From Lingula anatina (Eukaryota; Animalia; Brachiopoda), in contig CM120640.1 of the NCBI GenBank assembly GCA_051362555.1, positions 3,348,001 to 3,412,000 on the forward strand: a DNA stretch of 64,000 nucleotides, read 5' to 3'. Under the pieces are notes generated by a model, which saw only the letters and a list, made by a program, of their open reading frames with translations, made no database searches and had not been told where the DNA came from. A program made the translations under genes and the position numbers. This document shows, piece after piece, positions 51,701 through 61,970 of the stretch. How positions within the stretch are numbered: the first letter of the stretch is position 1; each line of letters begins with the position of its first letter.

Positions 51701-54700
51701 GTAATACTAATAGTTACCTGCTCACACTTACATGTACAACACCATTTAAAATCCAGATTTTAATATTTATTGGAGCAATTTAAATGTTAATTACATTTTC
51801 AATTACATAAAATCTAACTGAGACCACATCTGTATGTCCTTTTAATTTCTGTAAATATATAGTTTTTCTCCTCAATATCTAACAAGCTAGAAGCCAAGCA
51901 GCTAGAATTTATTTTTTATAACTTATACTGAGCATTTATTAATATTTAGAAAGAGGAACATTGTCAAGCACTGTTCTCACTGCAAACATATCCCTCATTA
52001 ATGGTGATTTAGTTAGCAACATGATGCAGCCCCTTTACTTCCCGCTCTTTTTAACTTCATTTACAAAATAAGTCTCATGCCCAGCCAGAATAAACTGAAA
52101 TAAACTAAATTGCTTTAAGAAACAGAAAAAGCTCTTTAAAATGTTACTTAAAAATCTTATTTCTGATATAAGTTAAGCAATAAAATTTAACTTTGTGGGG
52201 TATAAAAAGGTTTTCAAGTTCAGCTAAAATCCTTTACTATGAGAGCTACATTTCAAGAGCTGAATCCCCGTCCACTGAGCTATATAAACATACAACTGAG
52301 CATATTCCATTTCACAATTACTGATGGTGTTTACTCAACTGTTTTGGGGGCTGTTGGACTAAGGCTTCGTTCACATGCAATGTCTATTTTCTAAATTCTA
52401 TTTTCTATTCGCGCTATCTTATGATCACTGTCTGTGCCCTGAATATCCCGCCGCGTAATTACTGGCCGCGCCAGCCAGTTACTTATAGTAACTTATAGTA
52501 ACTGGCTCGCGCTGCCAGTAATTACGCCGCGGGATATTCAGGGCACAGACCGTGATCATAAGACATACCGCGAATAGAAAATAGAATTTAGAAAATAGAC
52601 ATTGCATGTGAATGAAGCCTTAATCTTTGGTATTTTGATCTCTGTTAAGGCAAGCACTAATGAATACAAGCACCACTAGTTGATGCCTATTCATGCAATC
52701 AAAATACACCACTAATATTGATTCTTCCTTTGTAGCCATATTCTTGTTGACACATGGACTTATTTTCTCCTGTACATTACCTTATAATCCATGTAACTTT
52801 ACATAGGAAATGGTGTTCACAAAGCAAGATGATCTTCACATCAGTTTCACAGTTGATATTTCAGAAAAGTACTAACTACACTTCAAAACCACTAAGTACA
52901 TACATTAAGTTTAAGAACGAAGACTCACCGAGCTATTTTGCCACTGACCTGGCCTCTAACTAGCCTATGGACAGCCCATACATGAGATACACATTGTACA
53001 TCACATGGTTATAAAAAGACATAGGCTAAATGCCCAGGATTTTCCCAGCATTCTTTTACCCAAGAATGTCATCTATTTGTAATCATTGCACTTTGCATCA
53101 ATTTCTCAATTCAATCTTCATTTCATTCATCATATAGTTCACTGTGATTATGAAGTAGGCATTCACAGCAAAATTGTTTATTTTTTTATATATTCTTAGG
53201 TCATTAGGTCATCATTAATTCAATTTAGATTCCAGAGGCAGGTTTTTTTTTTTTTTTTTAAATATCTGCAAAAAGCAAAGTGATTGAGATGGAATGCGAG
53301 CAAGTATTTTTTATAGTTCTCAGATCCTTTAATTCAACCAAGAGCGCAGCAAAAACCACAAGGGCAAGCTAACCTCATTTCAAGTGTAAATTTGAAGTAC
53401 ACATCATGCTGAACCAGAAAATATTTTGACATGATAAAAAAATGACGTATCTCATTCTGACATTTTATTTTTGTTTTCTACCACCCATCAACTTACATAT
53501 TTACTATCATAAAGAATTAAAGCAAAATAGGTTTTATGTTTGCATGCATGAAACCACAATGCTTAAAGCGAACCTTCGGGTTTTTTACTCCTAAAAATGT
53601 AACCACACCCTAATGCAGCTATCTCAAGCACTGGCTTCCTAACTATCCTTCAACCGGCCCGAACTATAAAACATGTGTTTACAGAACATGGATGATGTAG
53701 GAACTGTTTTCCAAAAATACAGTATCACTTTTCTGACATTGCATAGACACAAACTTGAGATGCTTTGATGATTTCCCCAACCAAAAGCCAGGAGCTTGTA
53801 TTTTATCTGCTTCAATATTCATTTGACAATTTAAATGGGCACTTCAGCATGATAACTATTGTGCTTATCTTATTAAAATTATGGTGAAGGTTAATTGAAA
53901 AACAAAAGCCCTAGCAATGTATATTGCAGAATTTGGGTGAGGACCACATAGCTAAGAATCCTTACACTCCATGCATGCTCTTATGATTCACCAAATAAGA
54001 AACAGGCAAGTGTTTCCAGAATTGTTCAGGCCAGAATTCTAAATATTATGGCATTTTGTTAGCTTGGTCAAGGCTGGGGACTGGCACTCTGACTATTTGT
54101 AAACACAAGGTCCTGTGGAGAAAGATTCTCCAAATTCACCAAACCTGCATTTGGATTTTTAAAAATGTACAACCTATTCATGAAAAAAAAGATTTATTAC
54201 AACTATTCAGCTATTTTTTAAAGACTGTAAGCAAAAAAATCTGCCCTGACCTTAAAATATGTCTCATGCGCAACCAATCAAATTCTTTCAAACTAGAGAA
54301 CACAAATTTCAGAAAACAAATATCCAAAATCTGCCACATAATGGGGTGACGAATAATAAATATATAGTAATATTGAGGTCTTGACACAATTATGTGGGCC
54401 AAAGCTCCATTAGTTTTCCATCTGTTGGAATGTGTGCTATGATATAGCAAGGACCATATCTGTAAATGAAAAGCAGATGTGCACACAGCCCTGGATACTG
54501 GGTGTGTCCTGAAACCACTGACATCCATAATCACAGTGCGCAGTCCACCTCTCAGAACTACAGTAAAATACTGTACAAAGCTGAATGTAAAGAATATCTA
54601 ACTTCAAATAAATAAGGAAGATATATGGGTTGCGGTTGCTGTTTACTGAATAACTGCATGTTAGAATTGATGTGTAAATTAAGCCTTCAAAAGTGTGAAG

Positions 54701-56077
54701 TTGCAGGCCCTGTAGCCAGCAATTTCCAAGGAGGGTTCTATTTCTGAAAAAGTGGACCTCTTTACCCCATAAGTGGCCAAACTTCAAATATGACATAGAT
54801 CCTAGATCAAACTTTGATTAAGAATGGACCTATTCCACTGAAAGGGCTAACTGTTCTTTCAAGCCCTCCCCCACGACCTGCCTACGGGCGTGAGTAGTGG
54901 AGGGGGATGTGGGGGGGGGGGGGAGCAAGTAGCCTGCATTGCTCTTCTCTTGTATAATTGAGTTCTTGATTGTATTTAAATTAAGTGATCCAAACTAATA
55001 AGCTAGTTAGATTCAGTGAATATTGGCCTTGCTTCAAGTTGTAAATAGGGAGTAAGTGGAAAGTGATGGCTATCAGGGTGGAAGATGTTAATGGTTTCCT
55101 AAAATCAATTAGAAGGGGAAGTGGATATATGAGATTAATCCAATTAGGGGTGCTTACTCCTCTGCTGATACAATTTGACACCCTGTCTTTAACACTGACA
55201 AAAGAAACAGCTGGGAAAACGGCGGTGGTTTAGTTGGCATGTGTTTCAAACAATTATTTAATTCAGGTTTTAAATATTTTTATCAACTGTGACCATTGTG
55301 CACATACATTTGTGCGCGTGTAGGTTTTGGATTTCTTCTGCAAAAAAGTTCTTTGCTGAAATATCACATCGTAAAAAACAAATTTAGTTAATTTCAAACG
55401 TCGGCAAATATTTAACTTTAGCACATGCACAGTGGTTTTAAATTCATTCACGTCGCCGCATAATTGCACACATAGTATTTACCTTTGACTACGCGCACAG
55501 CTACACACTGCACTCGCTTTACTTGAACAGACTCTTCTTTCACGGGACCCGAGCCGTGTGTCTCCGTCGTGGTCGTCTTCACCGTCTTCATCTCTCCAGC
55601 GTTCTCGTCCCCACGCCCCGTTGTCACTGTCTTCACTGTCTTCATGCCGCCGTCTTCAACCACGGTCTTCGTGACGGTGGTAACTTTATTGCCCTCTGCG
55701 TCCTCTGTTGTTGTGGTAGTAACATTCTCGGTTGGTGTAGCGCTCTCTGCCATCGAGCCAGTCGCGTTGAGGTCCCCGACTACAGGATGCTCAACTTCAA
55801 CAGGCTCAGTGCTGCCGTTGGCGATGGGATCTAGCGCACTTGTCACAGTAAGATCCAGTCCTACGCGGCCGGTATCGTCGTCATCGACACAGCTTTCCTC
55901 CAGGCTGTCCAGCAGCTGATCTGTGAACACACCGTTCGACTGAGAGGCCTTCCCGGCCTGACCACGGGCAAGAAGGCTTTCTTCCACTAACTCTTTCAGG
56001 GGGCGAAATGTTCCCTGATCAGAAACATCCCCCGAATCGGAAACCTGAGATACTTCGTAACTGCCTGTAAAAGCCAT
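23494..56077 (-). CDS. HSPA12: Heat shock 70 kDa protein 12 family (HSPA12A/B-like) with a long acidic low-complexity N-terminal extension
   Basis: Exons 56077-55483, 47562-46595 ([32 protein letters not shown]), 38955-38734 ([21 protein letters not shown]), 33754-33559 ([15 protein letters not shown]), [candidate 28060-27986], 27364-27239 ([16 protein letters not shown]), 26924-26722, 25086-24918, 24349-24221 ([11 protein letters not shown]), 23972-23494 ([21 protein letters not shown]). Phases consistent; the link of exon 1 to exon 2 rests on phase-1 compatibility only. Confidence 0.92.
25399..25735. mobile_element. Non-autonomous DNA transposon with TTAA target duplication (Kolobok-like)
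   Basis: TTAA|AGGGATAATAACTCTTCGT ... ACGAAGAGTTATTATTGCT|TTAA; 17/19 terminal inverted match with AG..CT ends. Confidence 0.75.
27986..28060 (-). CDS. Candidate 75-nt in-frame cassette exon of HSPA12
   Basis: atttcag|75 nt|gtttgt, phase 1/1, open: (D)[24 protein letters not shown](G); lies between two phase-1 junctions. Confidence 0.5.
29789..30201. mobile_element. 5'-truncated MITE built from CCTATAGG palindromic repeats
   Basis: Dozens of (C)CTATAGG units with recurrent aaattgggccaattt; right end ttttcgtaaggg followed by TA; a short relative with both ends lies at 60887-60996. Confidence 0.7.
30202..31395. repeat. 146-bp tandem array (~8 copies), core of a Helitron/Helentron-like element
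   Basis: tctctgccagttttggagata anchors every 146 bp from 30204 to 31372; unit contains aggtcaaaggtca, atatgacttcctatt and caatagtaact. Confidence 0.95.
30202..32380 (+). mobile_element. Non-autonomous Helitron/Helentron-like (HINE-type) element, 5' end lost
   Basis: Tandem core, degenerate core-like sequence near 32000-32120, a GC-rich ccgg/gacgg tract at 32283-32333, and a terminal hairpin tgtaccgccagcg-ctaa-cgctggtggtaca (32342-32371) followed by ataatCTAG. Confidence 0.65.
36602..37105. repeat. Probable repeat element with a (CT)n microsatellite and two ~105-bp tandem units
   Basis: (CT)n at 36721-36755; gcacac..gtcgg..aattatttcaacg..taacgtaaacttctctggctttgggt occurs twice (36935, 37037); CpG-rich relative to the host intron. 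Confidence 0.6.
39852..40175. repeat. Degenerate minisatellite (tgttcacatggtcaccatgccaacag-like)
   Basis: Motif recurs about 8 times with divergence. Confidence 0.75.
43240..44086. repeat. ~28-bp minisatellite (ccagtataacaacaagactggtgtctgta), ~30 copies with higher-order duplication
   Basis: Direct reading; each unit has an internal inverted pair ccagt/actgg; a multi-unit block near 43550-43750 is repeated from ~43750. Confidence 0.95.
49158..49328. mobile_element. Degraded palindromic MITE
   Basis: ataggagaaattagtcagagggtcaaatat pairs with atatttgaccctcagactagttagtcccctat. Confidence 0.55.
50538..50610 (-). CDS. Candidate alternative first coding exon of HSPA12
   Basis: gaagtATG..., 73 nt open ([24 protein letters not shown]) ending CAG|gtaaag in phase 1, compatible with the acceptor at 47562. 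Confidence 0.35.
52363..52619. mobile_element. Fully palindromic MITE, PIF/Harbinger-like (copy 2)
   Basis: Nearly identical to 22432-22685; GGCTTCGTTCACATGCAATG..CATTGCATGTGAATGAAGCC; TAA left flank and TTA right flank (both TWA). Confidence 0.85.
54704..54892. mobile_element. Short TIR element (hAT-like CAG termini); relatives at ~57986-58152 and ~40645-40790
   Basis: caggccctgtagccag ... ctgcctacgggcgtg; internal aaaagtggacct / aggtccactttt motif shared with 57986-58152. No clear TSD. Confidence 0.5.
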
Positions 56078-57251
56078 TGTTCGAAATCCACCAGACTAGG
56101 CGTCGGAGCAAATTTGGAACTTCCAGCACGACTACAAACAACCTGCGCTCTGCCACGCTTCCATGACATGAAATGAAGTTGGTTTGAAAACAAGTGCCCG
56201 CTGTTCTGTTAATGCGTAACGCCCCCTCCACACTCGTTACTCGCTCTTGTTTTAAGTGTCGGTCCCCAGTCTTTCAATGTTTGATATCCTTATAACTAAG
56301 GTAAAATGGTTGTTTAAATCACTTGTATTTATTTTAGAATATTAAAATTTGTGTTTGTTATCTGGTTATTCTACGTTACTTTCATCAAGCGATATTACAA
56401 GTCCATACCGATACACGTATTTGAAGAGTTCGCAGCTTTCTGAATTTTATCTTTCAAAAAACAAGAAAAAATAGTATATTACGTGGATTACATACAACAC
56501 ATGATCTTTTGGTTTTTTGAAAAAGCCGAAGTTTATATTCTTCAACATATGTACCTTGTGATGACGCAATAAACAAAATGGACATTGAAAAGAATAAGCC
56601 TGTAGCAAATTTTACCTTCTAGTCTTGAAATTACCCAAATTATCAACAGATTATCTATTTTAAGAACGTTATAAATGAAATCAACAAAACACTTATTTTC
56701 AGAAGATATTTAATCTGCTATTGTTTTGATCAGCTTCTTAGAGGAAAAGAATATGTCATTGCGATAGATGTGAAAGATGACTTGCAAATGCGGTTGGTTG
56801 CTCTAAGCAAAAACAATCAGGAACCGCTTTGAGGATGTGAAAAGTAATATAATAACTTTGCAAGTTTTAGGCAATGATTTCATTTAACATGAGTTTACAT
56901 CCATGTTTCATTAAATGCATGCCTTGGGCTGTTCCCATAACCTCCCGGTTATATGTAGATGGTGCTTCCAATCCATTTCTATATCTCTTTTCCAGTCTAA
57001 TACAGCAGAGGTATTTGACACAAAAGATGTAGTTTATCAGTTTCCGTTCAGCCTGATTTATTTGGAAGAAACAAACTGTAGGGAATAGTCTGAATCTGAC
57101 AAAGCGGTTATTAGGCTATAGGTAAAGAAAAAGAGAGGCTACAATTAACCTAGTGTTTTTTTAGGTAGTGACAACACAATCTTAGAATAAACCAAGTCTT
57201 TGGGAACATATTTTTGAGCTGTATCGAGGCAAAGTTTTGGTCGTCGAGTAT

Positions 57252-60200
57252 TTATATCTTGCCAGGCTGCACCATAACCTTCAGGGCACCATCTTGTCCA
57301 GTACTGGCTATCTCCATGGCGTGGACAATCTTCTCTAGGGGGAGGGAATGGGTCGCTATCGGCTTGATGTCCACAACACCCGCTGTTATGGCAGCCAAGG
57401 AATTCTTAAAACTGAAAATGTTGAATACAGATAGAAGAAAGGGGCCACAGTATATCCAATGATATGTTGATCACGGATCTGAACGGTGAAATAGACCTAC
57501 TACAAGTGGCGTTTTTATTAATAACCAAAATAACATGAAATTAGTAGGCCTATCCGTACCTCTTAACTTGACGTGAATATGTTAGAAATAAGGTACTTGG
57601 TATTGTATCACTGTTACTCACTTGTTCCCATATCTGAAGGCACACAGAATGTCAGCCTCTTTAACAAACAGCATGGCCGCAGGTATGGTTGCCATTTGGG
57701 GAGCCACGCCCACCAACACCACTTTACCACCTTTCTTCACGGCCTGCGATAATCATTCGATTAAAATTATCATAATTAGATGACTAATTATTGAAATAAA
57801 TAAAAATTAATTAATTAATTAATCTAAAAAAGTTCAAAGAAAAGCGCAATGTAAAACATTGCAATAACAACAACATCAACAACAACAACAACAGAAATAA
57901 TAATAATGATGATGATGATGCTGATGAGAAAGTTACATACAGACAACCAAGAAACTGTTTTCAGCACAAGCAGTAATTATGGCTACAGGCCTGTAGCCAG
58001 GTGGAGGTTTGGGGGTTCAAACAAACCGTCCGTTTTGCCTAGAAAAAGTCAGTTCTGGGTAAAATAAGTAGGCCTACACAAAGGTTTCTATGGTAAAAGG
58101 TCCACTTTTTCAGAAAAAATACCACCACCCCCTTTGAAAGTGCCTTGGCTACAACTCACGTGTATAGCGGTCTGCATTCCTGGGTCCGTGCCACTACATT
58201 CCAGCACCACCTCGGGCAGGTCCCCCATGATCTCCCCTATCTTCTTCCCTGTAGCTGCCGTGTCACTGCCCTCAACCAGTACCGTGTGTGTGGCCCCCAT
58301 CTTCTTGGCGAAATCAATGCGACTTTGACGAATATCTAATGTATAGAAATTAAAAGGGACGTTGTGATATGAGAACCAAATGGGGGAATAGTTGAACGAA
58401 GAAAAAGATAGTGAAAAAAAGTAAAACTTGAAAACTTGTAATTCGAAAGAACGTTAGTAAATATCTGTATCGATGGCCAGCACAAAATTAGCTTTTCGTT
58501 TTTCCATATATGCAAGAGAAATTAATATAACTGAAGTTATGATAAACATATCTTACCGACAACACAAATTTTGGACGCACCAGCGGCTTTTGCTGCGACA
58601 AGGGACAGCATTCCAATTGAACCTGTGACACAAAAACAACAGACGTGAAGGCAGAGCGTTCTACTAGTACCATGAGCTTGGAATTTTCAACATTTTGACA
58701 AGTACATACCTGCTTAATCTCCATGCTCTAAAAGCTCTACTAACGGTTCTCATATTTTGTACACGCGGTTCTAGCGTCGCCAGTAGCTGATTTCTCACCT
58801 CCGCCAACGATAAGGACTGTCGTCCCTACTCTGACCTGTCCTCTTTCACAGCCGTACACAGCCACTACAAACGGTTCCAGAAGGGCACCTTCTTCAAATG
58901 TCATTGTGTCTGGCATTCTGTCAAAATTTAGAAAATAATTTTTACTGCGTACTATTATTCAAAGACATATCTTTTTATGTAATAAGGCATTGGGTTATAT
59001 CAAACTCTGTTAATTACTGATTTGCTCGGCGATTTGATTCATTTCTGGGCGCCTTCATCGATAACCTACTTATAGCAGAGAGCGGCCTTGTGGACAATAA
59101 CTTGTCTGAGATGTCCCATGCCAGGTTCCCACAAGTTCAGTTTTGGACACAGGGTACTGCGGCCTTTAGTGCAGAACTCGCATTCTCCACAGGAAGGTGC
59201 TGGATCAATGGCCACCCGGTCACCTGCACGTGATAATGTAACTAGATATTATTGTGACACCGGGTGCAAAGTGTTTTTTTAATTGAAATGTTATGTATAT
59301 CAGCACTAAATATCTATATATCTAAAACTCTCTCTCTCTTTCTCCCTCTCTCAAAGGAGCTTATATTTTTTGTTCTCTTAGCTTGTTAGTTTGTTTGTCT
59401 GTTATCAACATTATGCTAAAACTTATGGGCGGATTTTGATGAAATTTCCTGGATAGGTCAAAAATGCGCTGACTTATCTTAAAGTAATTAGAATTTTAAT
59501 TAATTCATGGTTAATTATTAGTTAATTGTTTGTCTTGACGGAGGTCTGCGAGTGCTTTTCTAGCTACCATTTGTACAGTTAAGTACAGAACCTACCCACT
59601 TTGAGGTCGGTGACCCCTTCCCCCACGGCACAGACCACCCCGCTACTCTCATGGCCGAATATGAAGGGCTTCACCAGGGGGTGCTCGTCTGTCACGAAGT
59701 ACCCTCTCTGCCAGGCGTGGAAGTCGGTGCCACACAACCCCACAGAATGGACTCGGATTTGAACCTCTGTGGAACAAACCACGTGTTATTTTTTATTTTT
59801 TTATTATTTATTTATAACTTGCAGACGATTGTGAGTACATGTATTGTTACTGATGATGATCATATTTCCTATTAACTGTATTAACAGTATTACTGTAACT
59901 AATAACCAGACAGTGTCGTATTATCAAAATATGTTAGTAAAATGAAATGAAACAATAAAAAGCGAACAGTAGGTCGTGTTTATTATCAATGCATGATATA
60001 GACATACATTTAAAAAGGTTACGCGGTGTAAATTGGAAAATTATTACATAAGAGATATAAATTATACGTACGTCCCTTTCCTGGCTGAGGAACTGGAGTC
60101 TCTTCCTGAAATGAAGAGAATAAAAACGCATCTGTTCAATTTCAAACTATCTTTAAAATATATCGCTCCTGTCACGTGGTTCTCTGTTAACCAAGTTAAG

Positions 60201-60647
60201 TTTATCACCATCAGATTGTGCAGTCTAAAAAAATAAGAGATGGGCAAGCGCCTTGTTTGCATTGCACATTGTACATCAAGCTTCTTTCTTAACCAATATG
60301 CACCATGAATTAATCAAATAGTCATATTCCCGATTTCTTGTATTGCAATATCCAGATATATATTTGAAAAAAGCCAACGCACTTTAAAATCAAGATAGTT
60401 TAACAGATTTTATATTATTTACTTAAAGTTGTTTAAATTTGAAATGAAGCATTCGTATGTAAAATTTTGTGCTTCACAGATTGGTTTTTTTTGTTTTCGA
60501 ATAGTTGCACGTTTTCTCCTTGGTAATCATTTGATCTAAAACCAAACATCTAATGAGGTCGATGTACGGACGTAATTATGTCAAAGTAGCTTCTATGCAA
60601 TTAGACGTGTTGCTGTGGGCGTAATTGGTACTGGTGGATCATGATTA

Positions 60648-60698
<51 letters not shown>

Positions 60699-61452
60699 AG
60701 TTGTTACACAACATGTACATTCGCAAACTCCATTAAATAAATGTACGAGACCTCACAAAAAAGGTTTTTATATATGTGAAAATTCACCATGTTTCAGTTA
60801 AAACAATTCTCTTACATTCGATTTGGTCAATGGTTAAATGTGTATTTAAAGTTATCATAAAGTATGGATGTATTCGTGTTCCTATTCCCTTGCGAAAAAA
60901 TCCTATAGGATCCTATAAGATCCTAAAGAATCCTATAGGAAATTGGCCCAATTTTCTATAAGATCTTATAGGATCCTATAGGACTTTTTCGTTAGGAATT
61001 GGATAAGTCGCTAACGTCTTTTATTTTGATCAATAAGTTACACGATTCGTTTTATACGTCCAAGTCACAAATGATATTTTAACGTTTGATTCAAACATCA
61101 AAACACCTTAAGTACAGTAAATACACAGTATAATCCACCATTGAAAAATAGTGTGATGTGGCACATTTGTGTTACAAACCTCAACCAAATCTGTGCCAGC
61201 GTCAAAGCTAATGTAAAGTGGAAACCCAGAATACTGTTACATTACTATACCCCCACACGTGGAACACCTGAATGACACCTGACATCTTGGGGACCCTGGA
61301 CACCGTTTTGACATCAATAACTATTTAACACACACACAGCCGTCAATTTCATCTTCCTGTTCCACTTTCAAGGTTCATTAATTTCTTACCAGTCGTATAT
61401 CATTCTTTCCGTGTAACACGGCAGCTATTTGGTCACCCGTAACAGCGGCCAT
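57252..61452 (-). CDS. SORD: Sorbitol dehydrogenase-like zinc-dependent medium-chain dehydrogenase (9 exons)
   Basis: Exons 61452-61390 (MAAVTGDQIAAVLHGKNDIRL), 60105-60072 (34-nt exon, EETPVPQPGKG), 59766-59596 (VGLCGTD..GHESSG), 59223-59070 (GDRVAIDP..CGECEFC.......C), 58917-58799 (FEEGALLEP), 58622-58557 (GGGSIG Rossmann motif across the junction), 58335-58160 (ECSG), 57743-57622 (FRY), 57411-57252 (KVMV..TAA). The symbol denotes family; one-to-one orthology is uncertain. Confidence 0.9.
59383..59563 (+). mobile_element. Helitron-like non-autonomous fragment
   Basis: gtttgtttgtctgtt simple-repeat start, ggattttgatgaaattt, and terminal gacggaggtctgcgagtgcttttCTAG, resembling Helitron-derived short elements of aquatic animals (recognised from memory, not searched). 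Confidence 0.5.
60887..60996. mobile_element. Short CCTATAGG-family MITE in intron 1 of the SORD-like gene
   Basis: cccttgcgaaaaaatcctataggatcctataagatc ... gatcttataggatcctataggactttttcgttagg; same family as 29789-30201. Confidence 0.75.
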
Positions 61453-61970
61453 GATGTGTTTGCACTGACAGTAAGATCTAGGTTTCCTCACTGCCGGTAT
61501 CGAAGATAAGAGGTAACTACTGATAGATGCAACGGTTAGTGAGGCAATGTTTATCAGCAGTATATATAGACTTAGTCACTGTAAACATGCATCAAGATGT
61601 CAGAGTCCGGTATACGGGGTCAGTAAAACATTCCATGTTTGACAAGTTCCGAACAACACTGATATTTTAAAGCCCCAAAATTGAACAAGATATTTTCCTT
61701 ACTCCATAAACGTTTTGTTTCGTTGATGCCATTTGTTAAAACAAATTTCATACCTTTTTTATAAAAGCGGGACAACATGTGATCCTGCATAGACATTCGC
61801 AAATATATCAAGACAGAAACGTGTTTTAAATCGCTAAGTATACGAGATGGTATACGAGATAAGACACAATCTTATACAAGACACACACACGCCCCAAAAT
61901 AAGGTTTAACAAAGTGTTAAGAAGACGTACCAAAACTTGAAACAAGTCTTAAAGGAAAGCTGAGCACAAG
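61453..61970. promoter_or_regulatory. Short divergent intergenic region between the SORD-like and MFSD4-like genes
   Basis: 518 bp between opposite ATGs; tatatataga at 61561-61570 gives a TATA-like box ~110 bp upstream of the SORD-like ATG; GATAAG sites at ~61505 and ~61858. Confidence 0.55.

Noticed and set aside
60033-60236. ORF resembling a LINE reverse-transcriptase C-terminal tail (SLPEMKRIKTHLFNFK)
   Set aside because: Overlaps the antisense of the 34-nt SORD-like exon and its pyrimidine tract; no RT motifs nearby.
60653-60700. Long poly-T followed by gcag as a splice acceptor or retroelement tail
   Set aside because: No open exon follows on + and no attached element or TSD is recognisable; treated as a homopolymer.
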